Shown here piece after piece: positions 60,836 to 62,734 of a stretch of DNA of 62,734 nucleotides (the stretch's first letter is position 1; each line of letters starts with the position of its first letter). A program made the position numbers and the translations under genes. Location: contig NC_057718.1 in assembly GCF_004010195.1 (NCBI RefSeq), forward strand, positions 12,970,436 through 13,033,169. Direction: 5' to 3'. Below the pieces are notes generated by a model that saw only the letters and a list, made by a program, of their open reading frames with translations, ran no database searches and was not told the DNA's origin. Source of the stretch: Chiloscyllium plagiosum. Lineage: Eukaryota.

Positions 60836-62734
60836 TAGAGTCATAGAGTCATAGAGATGTACAGCAAGGAAACAGACCCTTCAGTCCAACCTGTCCATGC
60901 CAACTAGATGTCCCAACACAATCGAGTCCCACCTGCCAGCACCCGGCCCATATCCCTCCAAACCCTTCCTATTCATATATCCATCCAAATGCCTCTTAAA
61001 TATTGCAATTGTATCAGTCTCCACCACATCCTCTGGCAGCTCATTCCATACACGTACCACCCTCTGCGTGAAAAAGTTGCCCCTTAGGTCTCTTTTATAT
61101 CTTTCCACTCTCATCGTAAACCTATGCCCTCTAGTTCTGGACTCCCTGAAACCAGGGAAAAGACTTTGCCGATTTACCCTATCCATGCCCCTCATAATTT
61201 TGTAAACCTCTATAAGATCACCCCTCAGTGTCCGACGCTCCAAGGAAAACAGTCTCAGCCTGTTCAGCCTCTCCCTATAGCTCAAATCCTCCAATCCTGG
61301 CAACATCCTTGTGAATCTTTTCTGAACCCTTTCAAGTTTCACAACATCTTTCCGATAGGAAGGAGACCAGAATTGCACGCAATACTCCAACAGTGGCCTA
61401 ACCAATGTCCTGTACAGCTGCAACATGACCTCCCAACTCCTGTACTCAATATTCTGACCAATAAAGAAAAGCATACCAAACGCCTTCTTCACTATCCTAT
61501 CTACCTGCGACTCCACTTTCAAGGAGCTATGAACCTGCACTCCAACGTCTCTTTGTTCAGCAACACTCCTTAGGACTTTACCATTAAGTGTATAAGTCCT
61601 GTGAAACAACCCTCCACCACCACCCTCTGTCTTCCACCTTTGAGCCAGTTCTGTATCCAAATGGCTAGTTCTCCCTGTATTCCATGAGATCTAACCTTGC
61701 TAATCAGTCTCCCATGGGGAACCCTGTTGAACGCCTTACTGAAGTCCATATAGATCACATCTACTACTCTGCCCTCATCAGTCCTCTTTGTTACTTCTTC
61801 AAAAAACTCAACCAAGTTTGTGAGACATGATTTTCCACACACAAAGCCATGTTGACTATCCTTAATCAGTCCTTGCCTTTCCAAATACATGTACATCCTG
61901 TCCCTCAGGATTCCCTCCATCAATTTGCCCACCACTGATGTCAGGCTCACCGGTCTATAGTTCCCTGGCTTGCCTTTACTGCCCTTCTTAAACAGTGGCA
62001 CCACCTTTGCCAAACACCAGTCTTCCGGCACCTCACCTGTGACTATCAATGATACAAATATCTCAGCAAGAGGCCCAGCAATCAATTCTCTAGCTTCCCA
62101 CAGAGTTCTAGGTTACACCTGATCAGGTATGGGGATTTATCCACCTTTAACCATTTCAAGACATCCTGCACTTCCTCCTCTGTAATCTGGACATTTTGCA
62201 AGCTGTCACCATACATTTCCCTACAGTCTATATTTTCCATATCCTTTTCCACAGTAAATACTGATGCAAAATATTCACTTAGTATCTGCCCCATTTTCTG
62301 TGGCTCCACACAAAGGCTGCCTTGCTGATCTTAGAGGGGCTCTATTCTCTCCCTAGTTACCCTTTTGTCCTTAATGTATTTGTAAAAACCCTTTGGATTC
62401 TCCTTAATTCTATTTGCCAAAGCTATCTCATGTCCCCTTTTTGCTTTCCTGATTTCTCTCTTAAGTATACTCCGACTTCCTTTATACTCTTCTAAGGATT
62501 CACTCGATCTATCTGTCTCTATCTGACATATGCTTCCTTCTTTTTCTTAACCAAACCCTCAATTTCTTTAGTCATCCAGTAAACCCTACATCTACCAGTC
62601 TTTCCTTTCACCCTGACAGGAATATACTTTCTCTGGATTCTTGTTATCTCATTTCTGAAGGCTTCCCATTTTCCAGCCATCCCTTTATCTGCAAACATCT
62701 GCCTCCAATCAGCTTTCGAAAGTTCTTGCCTAAT
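60836..62734 (-). mobile_element. Relatively young CR1 LINE ORF2, running off the window
   Basis: Long ORFs 61570-62085 and 60881-61660 with CR1 RT motifs; (TAGAGTCA)n tail; an internal deletion near 61600 removes the GVPQG...FADD core. Confidence 0.92.

Overview
Eukaryotic, repeat-dense vertebrate DNA. The repeat families (HE1/V-SINE, CR1, Penelope) point to a shark; this is an inference. The window covers about 57 kb of a minus-strand host gene. I reconstructed seven small GT-AG exons with consecutive phases (60620-60698, 59461-59513, 55264-55317, 48305-48338, 38990-39069, 16233-16332, 3374-3463). They splice into one open frame (KKTTGVLAVEFQINQMAYTCRMASRR/VSHISVGCPLKKHLRVKR/PSLSGCETKNISQYIVPG/SVLREPQEKDV/LVFYNRKRFGCPIRVYYKTPFKPILEL/YLGEKFISNVSANYILWEEEERTDFYYNTTMLQ/VGCQQEAQTWENMLATHKTQRKRKDVWGPW) that I recognise as the C-terminal ectodomain of the sperm CatSper auxiliary subunit epsilon. 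The introns hold two defective endogenous retroviruses, each with two LTRs and a target-site duplication (TSD). ERV-A (4455-12271, +) is gamma/epsilon-like, has a tRNA-Pro primer site and a UAG readthrough pseudoknot, and its RT is replaced by a foreign ORF fused in frame to protease. ERV-B (18088-29358, -) is older and divergent, with a tRNA-Ser primer site, two zinc knuckles and an Env TM resembling filovirus GP2/ASLV. Also present: two decayed Gypsy elements, deeply nested CR1 LINEs, a Tigger-like DNA element containing a Penelope fragment, many small Penelope-derived fold-back elements with minimal hammerhead-ribozyme cores, and an unexplained ~8.5-kb array of ~2-kb units. Boundaries of decayed repeats are approximate, and divergences were counted by eye.
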